DNA from: an uncultured Sphingobacterium sp.
GTDB taxonomy: Bacteria > Bacteroidota > Bacteroidia > SpSt-205
Direction: 5' to 3'
Assembly: GCA_964489015.1 (NCBI GenBank)
Contig: CAZAXD010000007.1
Span: 2,257 to 66,256, forward strand
DNA length: 64,000 nucleotides
Shown here: positions 31,002-40,685 of the stretch, one piece after another
Numbering within the stretch: position 1 is the stretch's first letter
Layout of the letters: every line of letters starts with the position of its first letter
Position numbers and translations under genes: made by a program
Notes under the pieces: model-generated
Database searches by the model: none
Told to the model about the DNA's origin: nothing
Seen by the model: the letters and a program-made list of their open reading frames with translations, nothing else

Positions 31002-32269
31002 TAGCCATCGACCTCGTCGAAAAGGCTCGCCTTTTACGTCGAGACTTTCCCATCCTTGACCAGGTCCATCCTTCAGGCAAACCCCTAGTGTACTTGGACA
31101 ATGCCGCTACCGCTCAGAAACCCCGTCCTGTCCTCGATAAGCTTGTCCACTTTCTCGCTTACCAGAATGCTAATATCCACCGCGGCGTTCACTGGCTCTC
31201 CCAAACGGCTACCATTCTCTACGAAGAGGCTCGCCAGGTCGTACAGCACTTCATCGGCGCGGCAAAGCCTGAAGAGATCGTCTTTGTGCGGGGAGCTACC
31301 GAGGGCATCAATCTCATTGCGCATGGCCTAAGTCACGTGCACTTCCAGGCAGGGGATGAGATCATCGTCTCTCCGTTGGAACACCACGCCAATATTGTGC
31401 CTTGGCATCTCATCGCAGAACGTGTGCCGGTACGTCTAAGACCTCTCCCCCTCACGGAAGAAGGTAACATAGACCTTACGGAGTTGCCGCATTTACTTTC
31501 CCCCCGAACGCGCCTTATCGCCATTACCCACACCTCTAATGCCTTGGGAACTCGATTGCCTATAGAAGAGATCGTGACCTTTGCCCAAAAACAGGGTATC
31601 CCGGTGCTTATCGACGCTTGCCAAGGGGTCGTACACGAACCCATAAACGTCCAAACGCTCGGCGTGGACTTTCTGGTCTTTTCAGGACACAAGCTATACG
31701 GGCCCACAGGCATTGGCGTTGTTTACCTGCGACACCCCTGGGGGGAGAAGCTACCACCGTACCAAGGAGGGGGTGACATGATTCGTCGCGTGACCTGGAC
31801 AGCTTCGCAGTATGCGCCCCCACCCGCTAAGTTTGAGGCCGGAACTCCAGCCATCGCTGAGGCCATCGCTTTAGCTGAAGCTATTCGATACATTACCCAG
31901 CACGTAGGCTACACGTTCATACAGGCCTACGAACAGCAGCTAAGTGACCTGCTTTACTCTGCTCTAAGCAAGCTTCCAGGCCTTCAACTTTACGGTACGG
32001 CTCATCCTAAGGCTGCTATCTGGTCTTTCAACATAGAGGGCATCCACCCCCATGATCTCGGCACATTTTTAGATGAGCGAGGTATCGCTATCCGAGTAGG
32101 TCACCATTGTACACAGCCTCTTATGGACGCTCTAGGCGTAGCGGCCACAGCTCGCGCTTCCCTGGCATTTTATAACCTACCCGAGGAAATAGAACGCCTA
32201 GTTCGGGCCATAGAAGAGGCCATCGCCTTTTTCCAAAGACCTCTGTCGATCCATGAGCGAAGCACTTAA
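30998..32269 (+). CDS. sufS: Cysteine desulfurase SufS
   Basis: YLDNAATAQKP, FSGHKLYGPTG, HPHDLG, RVGHHCTQP. Confidence 0.96.
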   Translation: MIAIDLVEKARLLRRDFPILDQVHPSGKPLVYLDNAATAQKPRPVLDKLVHFLAYQNANIHRGVHWLSQTATILYEEARQVVQHFIGAAKPEEIVFVRGATEGINLIAHGLSHVHFQAGDEIIVSPLEHHANIVPWHLIAERVPVRLRPLPLTEEGNIDLTELPHLLSPRTRLIAITHTSNALGTRLPIEEIVTFAQKQGIPVLIDACQGVVHEPINVQTLGVDFLVFSGHKLYGPTGIGVVYLRHPWGEKLPPYQGGGDMIRRVTWTASQYAPPPAKFEAGTPAIAEAIALAEAIRYITQHVGYTFIQAYEQQLSDLLYSALSKLPGLQLYGTAHPKAAIWSFNIEGIHPHDLGTFLDERGIAIRVGHHCTQPLMDALGVAATARASLAFYNLPEEIERLVRAIEEAIAFFQRPLSIHERST

Positions 32270-32726
32270 TCAACTTTACCAAGAACTTATTCTGGAGCAT
32301 AGCCGTTATCCCCGCAATTATGGCCGCTTAGCGACCTATACACACCATGCAGAAGGCTACAATCCACTTTGCGGCGACCAGGTACATCTCACGCTCCAGG
32401 TAGAGGAAGACACGGTACGAGACATCCGCTTCGAAGGCCAGAGCTGCGCCATCTGCAAGGCCTCCGCCTCCATGCTAACTACCCTTGTCAAAGGACAGTC
32501 CCTTGCTACCATCGATACCTTGCATAAAGCCTTTCACGAATTACTCACCAGCCCAGACTCTCCTAGCCTTAGCCACCTTTCCCCTACTTATGCTGAGAAG
32601 ATATCGGCCTTTGCCGCCGTCCGAAACTACCCCATGCGTATCAAATGTGCCACGTTACCCTGGCACACGCTGCAGGCCGCTCTACACCACGACACTAACG
32701 AACCTGTCTCCACCGAAGCGCTCTAA
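32253..32726 (+). CDS. sufU: SUF system SufU (IscU/NifU-like) sulfurtransferase
   Basis: LYQELILEHSRYPRN, NPLCGD, SCAICKAS, RIKCATLPWH; no HPD/LPPVK IscU chaperone motif. Confidence 0.92.
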   Translation: MSEALNQLYQELILEHSRYPRNYGRLATYTHHAEGYNPLCGDQVHLTLQVEEDTVRDIRFEGQSCAICKASASMLTTLVKGQSLATIDTLHKAFHELLTSPDSPSLSHLSPTYAEKISAFAAVRNYPMRIKCATLPWHTLQAALHHDTNEPVSTEAL

Positions 32727-32729
32727 GCC

Positions 32730-33044
32730 ATGCAAGACGTTGCGCTTTTGCAAGAGGCCATTATCCGAGCTCTGCAAGAAGTACACGACCCCGAAATCCC
32801 CGTCAATATTTATGATTTAGGGCTTATCTATCATATCGAGGTAAATCCGCAGGGACAGGTTAAAATCCTGATGACCCTTACCTCGGCCTTTTGTCCAGCC
32901 GCCCAGCACCTGCCCGACGAAGTCAAAACAAGGGTAGCCCAGATCCCCGGCATCCGTGCGGTAGACGTCGAAGTGACCTTCGACCCACCATGGGATATGA
33001 GCCGTCTTAGTGAAAATGCCCGCATCCAGTTAGGTCTACTATAA
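32730..33044 (+). CDS. DUF59/MIP18 Fe-S assembly protein (SufT-like)
   Basis: DPEIPVNIYDLGLIY, MTLTSAFCP, FDPPW. Confidence 0.92.
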   Translation: MQDVALLQEAIIRALQEVHDPEIPVNIYDLGLIYHIEVNPQGQVKILMTLTSAFCPAAQHLPDEVKTRVAQIPGIRAVDVEVTFDPPWDMSRLSENARIQLGLL

Positions 33045-33059
33045 TATCCAAATAGCTCG

Positions 33060-33067
33060 TATCTTTG
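33060..33067 (+). promoter_or_regulatory. -7 element TATCTTTG (hypothetical secreted protein)
   Basis: Perfect match, 4 nt spacer to GTG 33072. Confidence 0.68.
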
Positions 33068-33071
33068 AAGG

Positions 33072-33689
33072 GTGCGGCTGTTATTTCTCGCCCTTTGCTG
33101 TACGCTTCTGCATGCACAGGCTAAGGCTGAGTGTATCGTTGTCAAGCTCAGGCGCGCAGCGGCCTTGACTGCTGATAACGCGTTACACCCCTCCTGGGAA
33201 GAAAAACGCGCAAAGATCCGCCTGCCTGTCGAAGACTGGGAAGAGACCTTCGTGGACGAAGAGGATGAGGCAGATAAGTCCATCTCCCAATGTTTCATCC
33301 CGCAGATCAAGATCATCACAGAACGCTATACCTTCGTTATTAGCCTGGCTTGTGAAAATTTTGTCACATATCAAAACAAAGCGCCGTTTGTCCCATCCGA
33401 AGTCCGAACCTTAAACCCCTTTGGCTTCTCGGATGAATTCCGCTATTTTATAGAGAAGGCTGTTGAAAAACATCTAAAGATTCCACCCAAGCGTTTGTAT
33501 GCCGAGTATGCGCTGGCTTACGTCCCCCCCCAGCCAGAAATCTCTTATGACGACCTAGACTTCCTGGTCAATCAGTCTCAAGAAATCTTAGAGAATCAGG
33601 AAGAGGAGGAGGAAGACGTTCTAGCACCTGAGGAGAGCCCTAAGGATTGGATGGATACCGAAGAAGGGCTAGAAGACGAAAACGATTAG
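33072..33689 (+). CDS. Hypothetical secreted protein with acidic C-terminal tail
   Basis: Signal peptide MRLLFLALCCTLLHA-Q; Glu/Asp-rich tail; family not recognised. Confidence 0.7.
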   Translation: MRLLFLALCCTLLHAQAKAECIVVKLRRAAALTADNALHPSWEEKRAKIRLPVEDWEETFVDEEDEADKSISQCFIPQIKIITERYTFVISLACENFVTYQNKAPFVPSEVRTLNPFGFSDEFRYFIEKAVEKHLKIPPKRLYAEYALAYVPPQPEISYDDLDFLVNQSQEILENQEEEEEDVLAPEESPKDWMDTEEGLEDEND

Positions 33690-33712
33690 ATCTTTATTAG
33701 AACTTTGCACCT

Positions 33713-34159
33713 ATGGCACTGGAGGTGGGTATGCTAGCCCCCGCCTTTGAAGGGGTTGATCAACATGGCAAGCTAGTCCGACTTGCTGACCTGCGCGGCA
33801 AAAAAGTTGTGCTTTACTTTTATCCCAAGGACGACACACCTGGCTGCACCAAGGAAGCCTGTAATCTACGGGACAACCACCAAGCCCTCCAAAATGCCGG
33901 TTATGTCGTCATCGGGGTAAGCGCCGATTCTATAGAGTCCCATCAAAAGTTTGCGCAGAAATACCAGCTCCCGTTCTCCCTCATAGCCGATCCTGATAAG
34001 AAAATCATTTCTGCTTATGAGGCCTGGGGTCAGAAAAAGATGTACGGAAAAGTGTACGAAGGAACCTTGCGGATCACCTATGTAATCGATGAGGAAGGCA
34101 AAATAAGTCGGATCATCAGGCAGGTCAAGCCAGACAGCCATGCCAGCCAGATACTGTAA
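33713..34159 (+). CDS. bcp: Peroxiredoxin BCP/PrxQ
   Basis: YFYPKDDTPGCTKEAC, RITYVIDEEG. Confidence 0.95.
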   Translation: MALEVGMLAPAFEGVDQHGKLVRLADLRGKKVVLYFYPKDDTPGCTKEACNLRDNHQALQNAGYVVIGVSADSIESHQKFAQKYQLPFSLIADPDKKIISAYEAWGQKKMYGKVYEGTLRITYVIDEEGKISRIIRQVKPDSHASQIL

Positions 34160-34321
34160 CCAGGATCGCAGGAGTCTCCCAAACCCTGCTTTGCAAACGC
34201 TCACGGGTAATCTGTGGTAGTGAACGGCTCAGTACATTCAAAAACTTGCTCATCAATGCCCATAGGAAGTAACCCCATCAAACACCCATACCTCTACTGC
34301 CATCTTTTACACCCTGGCCCG

Positions 34322-34685
34322 ATGGTTCGGTGCTGGTGGGAGCTTGAGGGATTGATAAGTCTCTCGCTTTTTTTCGCCGCATTCAGCATAAGCCGGTGGC
34401 ACCTACTGGGGCGCAGAATAGCCGCGATAATCGTATTACTCCTGGGCGGCTTTACAGTGCGTTTTGCAAGTGCGCACCGCCTTCCCTACCTTAATTACTG
34501 GGATGAGCGAATTCATGCTATAGTAGCTAAAAACATGATTTCTAGTTCCTTGCGACCCTGTTTGTGCAAAAGGCTGGCTCTTCCTTATGATTACAGGCAT
34601 TGGGCAGCCAATGAGGTCTGGGTCCACAAAACAGCCACTCTCTCTGAGAACTTTTTCAAAACCTATCCTTGGGTCAAACGCATAA
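34322..34685 (+). pseudogene. Frameshifted, truncated ArnT/GT-C glycosyltransferase fragment
   Basis: YLNYWDERIHAIVAKNM...LPYDYRHWAANEVWVHK, then an extra A at 34628-34631; the +1 frame reads QPL...ILGSN and stops at TAA 34683-85. About 120 codons versus a much longer multi-TM family protein. Confidence 0.65.
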
Positions 34686-34713
34686 AAGCTCGTGGCTATA
34701 TTTTAATCTACCT

Positions 34714-35415
34714 ATGGAGCCGACCATTGCTTTCATTGGCGCAGGTGGTGCGCATGATATACACATAGGAAATTCCGCTGCTATCCTAACATGGGAAGGC
34801 AAGCGATATCTCATCGACTGCGGCTTTACTGTTTATCCCCGGCTCGTCGCTAAAGAGCTTATTGAGACAATTGATGCGGTGCTCATTACCCATTTACACG
34901 ATGATCACATCGGCAGTCTATCAGCCTTTCTTTTTCATCGGCACTTTATCTCCCAAAAATCGCCCGTACCCGTACTTGTCCCCCCAGGTGAATTGAGTGC
35001 CAAGCTAAAGACCTATCTTGTCTACCTTATGGGCGAACCGCTTGAACGATTTGCTGAGCTGATGACCCCTGCAACTTATGCCGCCTCTCTAGAAGCCATC
35101 GACACTAGCTATCAGCACGCGCCTTACATGCCCAGCACTGCTTACCTTTTCAAGAGTCCCGCACTCCATGTGCTATACAGCGGAGACATCGGTAAGCCGC
35201 TCGGCGTGCTAGCTGATCCTACCTGGCTCCAAAAGCATCCCAATCTCTGGGTCTTTCATGATGTCAGCTTTGTGCAAACGCCTTCTCATACCTATTACAG
35301 AGACCTCATGCCCTATGTAGACAGATGCCACTTGTGGGGCTATCACTGTGACCCAGCAAAAGCCCCTGCCGATAACATTATACCATTAGTACACGAGCGA
35401 TTTCTTTTAGGCTAA
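34714..35415 (+). CDS. MBL-fold metallo-hydrolase (RNase Z/ElaC-like)
   Basis: LIDCG, THLHDDHIG, YSGD, HDV, GYH. Start moved to ATG 34714. Confidence 0.8.
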   Translation: MEPTIAFIGAGGAHDIHIGNSAAILTWEGKRYLIDCGFTVYPRLVAKELIETIDAVLITHLHDDHIGSLSAFLFHRHFISQKSPVPVLVPPGELSAKLKTYLVYLMGEPLERFAELMTPATYAASLEAIDTSYQHAPYMPSTAYLFKSPALHVLYSGDIGKPLGVLADPTWLQKHPNLWVFHDVSFVQTPSHTYYRDLMPYVDRCHLWGYHCDPAKAPADNIIPLVHERFLLG

Positions 35416-35618
35416 GGGTTCTTTTCGATCAGGCAGGTATTGATTCCCAATAAATAATACAATCCACAGCGCCCTACTAAGCCGGAGAGAAAAACTAACC
35501 CACCAACAATGAGAAGCCACCAGACCTGATAGTACGCGCCAAGAGCAACCGCCACCACACCAAGCACAAGCCTTAGCCACTTGTCAAGGCCGCCTACATT
35601 TTTCGATAGCTGAGCCAT
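35412..35618 (-). CDS. DUF2892 (YgaP-like) small membrane protein
   Basis: KNVGGLDKWLR...GRCGLYYLLGINTC. Confidence 0.88.
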   Translation of the reverse strand: MAQLSKNVGGLDKWLRLVLGVVAVALGAYYQVWWLLIVGGLVFLSGLVGRCGLYYLLGINTCLIEKNP

Positions 35619-35655
35619 GTAAACCTAAACAAAATAAGGGCCACAAAATGTCTAG

Positions 35656-36852
35656 CTAGGTCTTTGTGCGGTCTTGGCTTCGGCGCGCAAGCTCTTCGGC
35701 GATCCAGCGAAGCTCGCGTCCACTTTGGTCAGAGAGACTTGAATTTTCTTCGGCCCGGCGCGCTAAATAGGGGAAAGCCTGCTGAATCGGCCCAAAAGGC
35801 AAGTACTTCATCACCCGAAAGCCCGCTCTCGCTAACCCAAAAGATAAAGGATCAGCCATGCCGTACAACTGCGAGAATGAAAGATGGGGATGAGCCCGGT
35901 CCTTTTTATGGAGGATCATGAATTGGGCGGCTTTCATGCAGCTAGTGCGGTTATGAGTGGCTACACACAAGCCGACGGTTTCGAGAGCCTCCAAACATAA
36001 AAATAACCCCTGATCATACGCCATATCCGTGCTTGCCTTATCGGGGTGGATAGGATCTGATAGGCCTAAGGCCTGCGCGCGCCGGCGCTCTTTTTCAACA
36101 TAGGCTCCCCGAACCAGCTTGATACCAGGTATGTAGCCCCGCGCCCGCTTGAGAAGCTCTTCTAGATAGGCTAGCCTATCTCGACGATACATCTGCACCG
36201 TCATGTACAGAATAGGGCCTTGCTGATTGTAAGTCGCCATAAGGGACTCTATCAGCTCATCGATAGCTGGCTGAAGCCAGCTTTCCTCTGCGTCGATCAT
36301 GAGGACCACGCGTTTCTCATGAGCAAGCTTGGCTAAGGCTTGTACCCACGCAAAAGCTCGCTCATAGGCAGAAAGAAGGCTTTTAGATAAACTCCCCTGA
36401 CTTTTCTGCTCCCACACAAGCGGCGCTGCTAAAGCCGTGAGCTTGATAGCGACGGCCGGCAAACTTTCCCGATTAGCACCGGCAAATTCTATCATGTGCC
36501 GATACACCTCGTATGTGCGCTGCTGGTCCGCCGGCTGGACAGAAGACTCCACAGCATAATCTAAAAGCACTTGTAAACCGTGCTGATGAAGCTTTTGCGC
36601 TGCCGAAAGGGCCTCTTCCAGCGTCTCTCCGCCTAAGAAAAGACGGCCTAAGGTCCGGCGCAAGAGCCCCTCCACCGGTAGACCTAGACGCAGCGTTGTC
36701 TCTCCTAAGGTATTCGCCACCCGAACGCCTGCGCCCCATCGCAAAAGCCGAAATAACCAGTAGGCCCATCTTAAGTCAGCCGTGGAACGATAAGCATACC
36801 CCCATTCCGTACGATCCAGGTCAATCCCCGTAGAAACGTGTAAGATGCTCAT
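35656..36852 (-). CDS. Monofunctional proline dehydrogenase
   Basis: GGETLEE, LDYAVE, AIKLT, MIDAEE, TVQMYR, KLVRGAY, VATHN, QLYGM, KYLPFG, YLARRAEEN. Confidence 0.92.
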   Translation of the reverse strand: MSILHVSTGIDLDRTEWGYAYRSTADLRWAYWLFRLLRWGAGVRVANTLGETTLRLGLPVEGLLRRTLGRLFLGGETLEEALSAAQKLHQHGLQVLLDYAVESSVQPADQQRTYEVYRHMIEFAGANRESLPAVAIKLTALAAPLVWEQKSQGSLSKSLLSAYERAFAWVQALAKLAHEKRVVLMIDAEESWLQPAIDELIESLMATYNQQGPILYMTVQMYRRDRLAYLEELLKRARGYIPGIKLVRGAYVEKERRRAQALGLSDPIHPDKASTDMAYDQGLFLCLEALETVGLCVATHNRTSCMKAAQFMILHKKDRAHPHLSFSQLYGMADPLSFGLARAGFRVMKYLPFGPIQQAFPYLARRAEENSSLSDQSGRELRWIAEELARRSQDRTKT

Positions 36853-39461
36853 AGACTCCGCAAAGCCGATAGCTGTTCCTCTAACAGCCGCACCCGATCC
36901 TGCGTGTCCTGGTATTTTTTCTCTTCTCGGCTGATGACCTCTGGCGCAGCTTTTGCCCGAAAATGGGGGTTCTGGAGTTTGGTTTCAATTTGGGATAGAA
37001 ACTGCTTGGCGTGCACAAGCTCTTTTTCTAGCTTGCTGCGTAGCTCTTGCCAGAGGACTGTATCACTATGCATCTTGATAAGGTACAAGTCAGGCCCTTG
37101 CAGGAAACGCAAGGCCGGCACGGTCGACGCCTTAGCGGCTATCTGCCAACTAGTAACCGGCAGAAAGTGGGAGGCCCAACGGCAAGCCTCTTCTGCCCAC
37201 TCAGGTCGCTTAGTGACCACTTCGATCGCTAACGCTTTTAGGGCGGGAAAATGCTGCATAAAGCCCCTTAGCCGAGAGACCACCGCTAAAGCATAATCTA
37301 CCCGCTCTAGTAAAAGGCGCTCCTCCTTAGAGAGGGGGCGCGGAGCCGACACAGGCTGATGCGATAAGGTCTCCTTTGGGGAACGCTGCGTCACTTCATG
37401 CCACAGCGCCTCCGTGATAAAAGGCATAAAGGGATGTAATAGCTGAAGCAGTCGAAGAGCTTGGGCTTCCACCTTGGCCTGCAAGGTAGTTGGCGGACCT
37501 GGCTTAAGCGCTTCTAAATAGGTATTGCAAAAGACTTCCCAACCCCCCCTATACAGGGCATGCATCGCCTCGTAAAATCGATATGCTTCTACGAGATGCT
37601 CGACTTCTGCTGATAAAGCTTCTAAGTAGATCTCAAACCACTCATAAGCAGCCTTTTGAAAGGGCGTAGGCTCCTCATTCGTGGCTCTCTCCCGCCATAG
37701 GCTCAGTAGGCGGAAACTATTCCAGAGCTTATTACAGAAGTTTTGCCCCTGCTCACATAAGGCCTCGTCAAAAAGGAGGTCGTTCCCAGCTGGAGCGCTC
37801 ATGATGATACCCATACGCACCGCATCCGCGCCGTAACGGGCAATCAGGTCTAACGGATCAGGCGAATTGCCAAGAGACTTACTCATTTTTCGGCGCAGCT
37901 TATCGCGAACGATGCCATGAAGGTACACCACGCTAAAAGGCTTCTGTCCAGCGAAGTAATACCCTGCCATGATCATGCGAGCCACCCAGAAAAACAGGAT
38001 CTCTGGCGCAGTCACGAGCACCTGCGTAGGGTAGTAATAGCGAAAATCGGGATTGTCATGCGCCTCAAAGTAGTCAAACACAGTAAGCGGCCAGAGCCAG
38101 GAGGAAAACCAGGTATCTAATACATCAGGGTCCTGCTGCAGCGTAGAAGGCTCATAGCCCGCCGCAAGGGCTTGCTGAGAAGCCTCCTCCAGCGTCTCAG
38201 CCACAAAGACCCGTCCATCTGGTGCATACCAGGCCGGCACCCGGTGCCCCCACCACAGCTGACGGGAGATGCACCAGTCCTTCACATTTTCTAGCCAGTG
38301 CCGATACGTAGCGAGAAAGCGATCGGGCACGATACGGATCTCGCCGGCGTCTACCGCCCGTAGCGCTAAATCCGCCAGGGGCTTCATGCGGACGAACCAC
38401 TGCTCCGAAAGACGCGGCTCGACGACAGCGTCCGTCCGCTCCGAGTGGCCTACCTGGTGCTCATAGGGCTCCTCCTTCTCGAGCAGACCCGCTGTTCGAA
38501 GATCAGCCACGATCTGGGCGCGAGCTTCCTCTCGGAAGAGCCCGGCATATTTGCCCGCTAAAGTATTGAGCTTCCCGTCAGGGGTCAGGATGTCGAGGAC
38601 CTCTAGCTGATGCCGCAGACCAATCTCATAGTCTTTGGGATCATGAGCCGGGGTGACCTTGAGGCAGCCGGTACCGAAGCTCGGCTCTACGACCGAATCA
38701 GCTATCACAGGCACCCACCGGTTCGTAAGCGGGACCCGGACGCGCTGACCAATCCACGCCTGATACCGCTCATCCGCTGGGTGAACGGCCACTGCGGTAT
38801 CCGCTAAGATGGTTTCAGGACGCACCGTCGCCACAACTAGCGCTTCTCCGGCTTCGTTGTAATAGCGGACATAATACAGCGTTGATTGATGCGTTTTGTA
38901 AAGGACCTCTTCATCAGAGAGGGCCGTTTGGGCGAGAGGATCCCAGTGGATCATGCGCTGGCCTCGGTAGATGAGGCCAGCTCGGTAAAGCTGGACAAAG
39001 GCCCTAAGGACCGCCCGATACAAGGGCGGATCCAGCGTGAAGCGATACCGGTCCCAATCAGCGCTAACGCCCAGGTGCTTGAGCTGCTGCACGATGATGC
39101 CGCCGTGCTTATGCGTCCAGGCCCAGGCCTCCTCTAGAAAGCGCTCACGCCCAAGCTGCTCTTTGGAGAGATTTTTTTGCTGGAGAGCCGCAACGACCTT
39201 GGCTTCTGTAGCGATCGAAGCGTGATCCGTACCAGGTACCCAGCATACGTTGCGGCCGCGCATGCGATAATGCCGGGCTAGAATATCCTGTAAGGTATTA
39301 TTGAGCACATGGCCCATATGCAAGACGCCGGTCACATTCGGAGGCGGCATAAGGATCGCATAACCAGGACGATCATCAGGGTTGCTGCGAAAAGGCTTGT
39401 GGCTTTCCCATAGGGCTCGCCAGTACTCTTCAAGGCTTTGGGGCTGGTAAACCTTATCCAT
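36849..39461 (-). CDS. valS: Valine--tRNA ligase
   Basis: PPPNVTGVLHMGH, DWCISRQLWWGH, DVLDTWFSS, KMSKSLGN, C-terminal coiled coil. Start ATG 39461. Confidence 0.98.
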   Translation of the reverse strand: MDKVYQPQSLEEYWRALWESHKPFRSNPDDRPGYAILMPPPNVTGVLHMGHVLNNTLQDILARHYRMRGRNVCWVPGTDHASIATEAKVVAALQQKNLSKEQLGRERFLEEAWAWTHKHGGIIVQQLKHLGVSADWDRYRFTLDPPLYRAVLRAFVQLYRAGLIYRGQRMIHWDPLAQTALSDEEVLYKTHQSTLYYVRYYNEAGEALVVATVRPETILADTAVAVHPADERYQAWIGQRVRVPLTNRWVPVIADSVVEPSFGTGCLKVTPAHDPKDYEIGLRHQLEVLDILTPDGKLNTLAGKYAGLFREEARAQIVADLRTAGLLEKEEPYEHQVGHSERTDAVVEPRLSEQWFVRMKPLADLALRAVDAGEIRIVPDRFLATYRHWLENVKDWCISRQLWWGHRVPAWYAPDGRVFVAETLEEASQQALAAGYEPSTLQQDPDVLDTWFSSWLWPLTVFDYFEAHDNPDFRYYYPTQVLVTAPEILFFWVARMIMAGYYFAGQKPFSVVYLHGIVRDKLRRKMSKSLGNSPDPLDLIARYGADAVRMGIIMSAPAGNDLLFDEALCEQGQNFCNKLWNSFRLLSLWRERATNEEPTPFQKAAYEWFEIYLEALSAEVEHLVEAYRFYEAMHALYRGGWEVFCNTYLEALKPGPPTTLQAKVEAQALRLLQLLHPFMPFITEALWHEVTQRSPKETLSHQPVSAPRPLSKEERLLLERVDYALAVVSRLRGFMQHFPALKALAIEVVTKRPEWAEEACRWASHFLPVTSWQIAAKASTVPALRFLQGPDLYLIKMHSDTVLWQELRSKLEKELVHAKQFLSQIETKLQNPHFRAKAAPEVISREEKKYQDTQDRVRLLEEQLSALRSL

Positions 39462-39466
39462 GTGGG

Positions 39467-39474
39467 CAAAGTTA
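39467..39474 (-). promoter_or_regulatory. -7 element TAACTTTG (valS)
   Basis: Perfect match, 5 nt spacer to ATG 39461. Confidence 0.72.
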
Positions 39475-39509
39475 GAAGCTAGACCCATGCTCTACCCCCA
39501 CCTGGCTAG

Positions 39510-40484
39510 CTATCCCATTCTTGCATAAGGAGCCGATAGAATCGGCGTGTAAAGGCCATTAAGGTACTTATGCCACCCGGCAACGGCTATCATAGCCGCA
39601 TTATCCATGGTATAAGCTAAAGGCGCAAGGTAGGCTTGAATCCCCTGCACAGCGGCCCGCTCAGCTAGCAGCCGGCGCAGTTCTCGGTTGGCCGAGACGC
39701 CGCCTACGATAGCCACTCGCTCAAGGCCTCTCGCTTGCGCTAGGCTTAGGAGCTTATCCAGGAGATAATCAAAAACGCGAGCCTGCCAGGCAGCTGCTAA
39801 ATCAGCTAGGCTTAAGTCAGGATGCTGGGCGCGAGCCTGTAAAAAAGCGGTCTTGAGCCCGCTAAAGCTAAAGTCCCATTCTCTCGCTGTTCGCGGGGTA
39901 GGAAAGGCATAGACAGTAGGGTCCCCGCCCCGAGCGAGCCGCTCTATCTCGGGACCACCCGGATAAGGCAGCCCCAACCAGGCAGCTATTTTATCAAAGG
40001 CCTCACCCACCGCATCATCCTGCGTACGACCTATCAGTTCATAGCTTAGTGGTGAGGTAACGATATACAGGTGCGTGTGGCCCCCCGTCGCCACTAAGCA
40101 CGCAAATGGATACGGGGGAGGCGTCTCTGCTAGAGCAAGGGAAGCGATATGCGCTTCTAGGTGATTGACACCGATGAGGGGTAAGGCCATGCTCGCTGCC
40201 AAGGCTTTGGCAAACGTAAAGCCGACTATCAGAGACCCTAAAAGCCCCGGCCCTTCGGCCACAGCGATGGCTGTAAGGTCGCGCCAGGCACAGCCAGCTT
40301 GTTGTAAAAGAGTCATCACAGCCAAAGGCAAACGCACTTCGTGCTCGCGTGAGGCCCATTCTGGAATGACACCCCCGAACTGCGCATGAACCGCCTGACG
40401 ATAGATTAAATCCAAAACGAGGCGCTCGCCATTCCAGAGGGCTACGCCTGTATCATCGCAGGAGGTTTCGATCGCTAGGATCAC
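39510..40484 (-). CDS. tsaD: tRNA N6-adenosine threonylcarbamoyltransferase
   Basis: IETSCDDT, GGVIPE, NHLEAH, TGGHT, DDAVGEAFDK, GGVSAN, DNAAMIA; GTG start. Confidence 0.96.
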   Translation of the reverse strand: MILAIETSCDDTGVALWNGERLVLDLIYRQAVHAQFGGVIPEWASREHEVRLPLAVMTLLQQAGCAWRDLTAIAVAEGPGLLGSLIVGFTFAKALAASMALPLIGVNHLEAHIASLALAETPPPYPFACLVATGGHTHLYIVTSPLSYELIGRTQDDAVGEAFDKIAAWLGLPYPGGPEIERLARGGDPTVYAFPTPRTAREWDFSFSGLKTAFLQARAQHPDLSLADLAAAWQARVFDYLLDKLLSLAQARGLERVAIVGGVSANRELRRLLAERAAVQGIQAYLAPLAYTMDNAAMIAVAGWHKYLNGLYTPILSAPYARMG

Positions 40485-40679
40485 CTAGTCCTGCATCTGC
40501 TGGAGCAGACGCTGCCGATACGCAGCTCGTTTGATTTGCTCACGCTTCTGGACAGATTTCGGAATGAAGTGCATGCGACTCCGCACCTCCCGAGCAATGC
40601 CAAGCCGATCAAACTTACGCTTGTACCGGCGAAGCATCTTCTCCAAGTTTTCGCCTTCCTGCTGTTCTATGACAATCAT
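40485..40679 (-). CDS. rpsU: 30S ribosomal protein S21
   Basis: MIVIEQQEGENLEKMLRRYKRKF...FIPKSVQKR...AAY. Start moved to ATG 40679. Confidence 0.95.
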   Translation of the reverse strand: MIVIEQQEGENLEKMLRRYKRKFDRLGIAREVRSRMHFIPKSVQKREQIKRAAYRQRLLQQMQD

Positions 40680-40685
40680 GGGGGG

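Noticed and set aside
39462-39509. T-box or other leader riboswitch for valS
   Set aside because: The gap is only 48 nt, with the promoter 5 nt from the ATG and no T-box motif.
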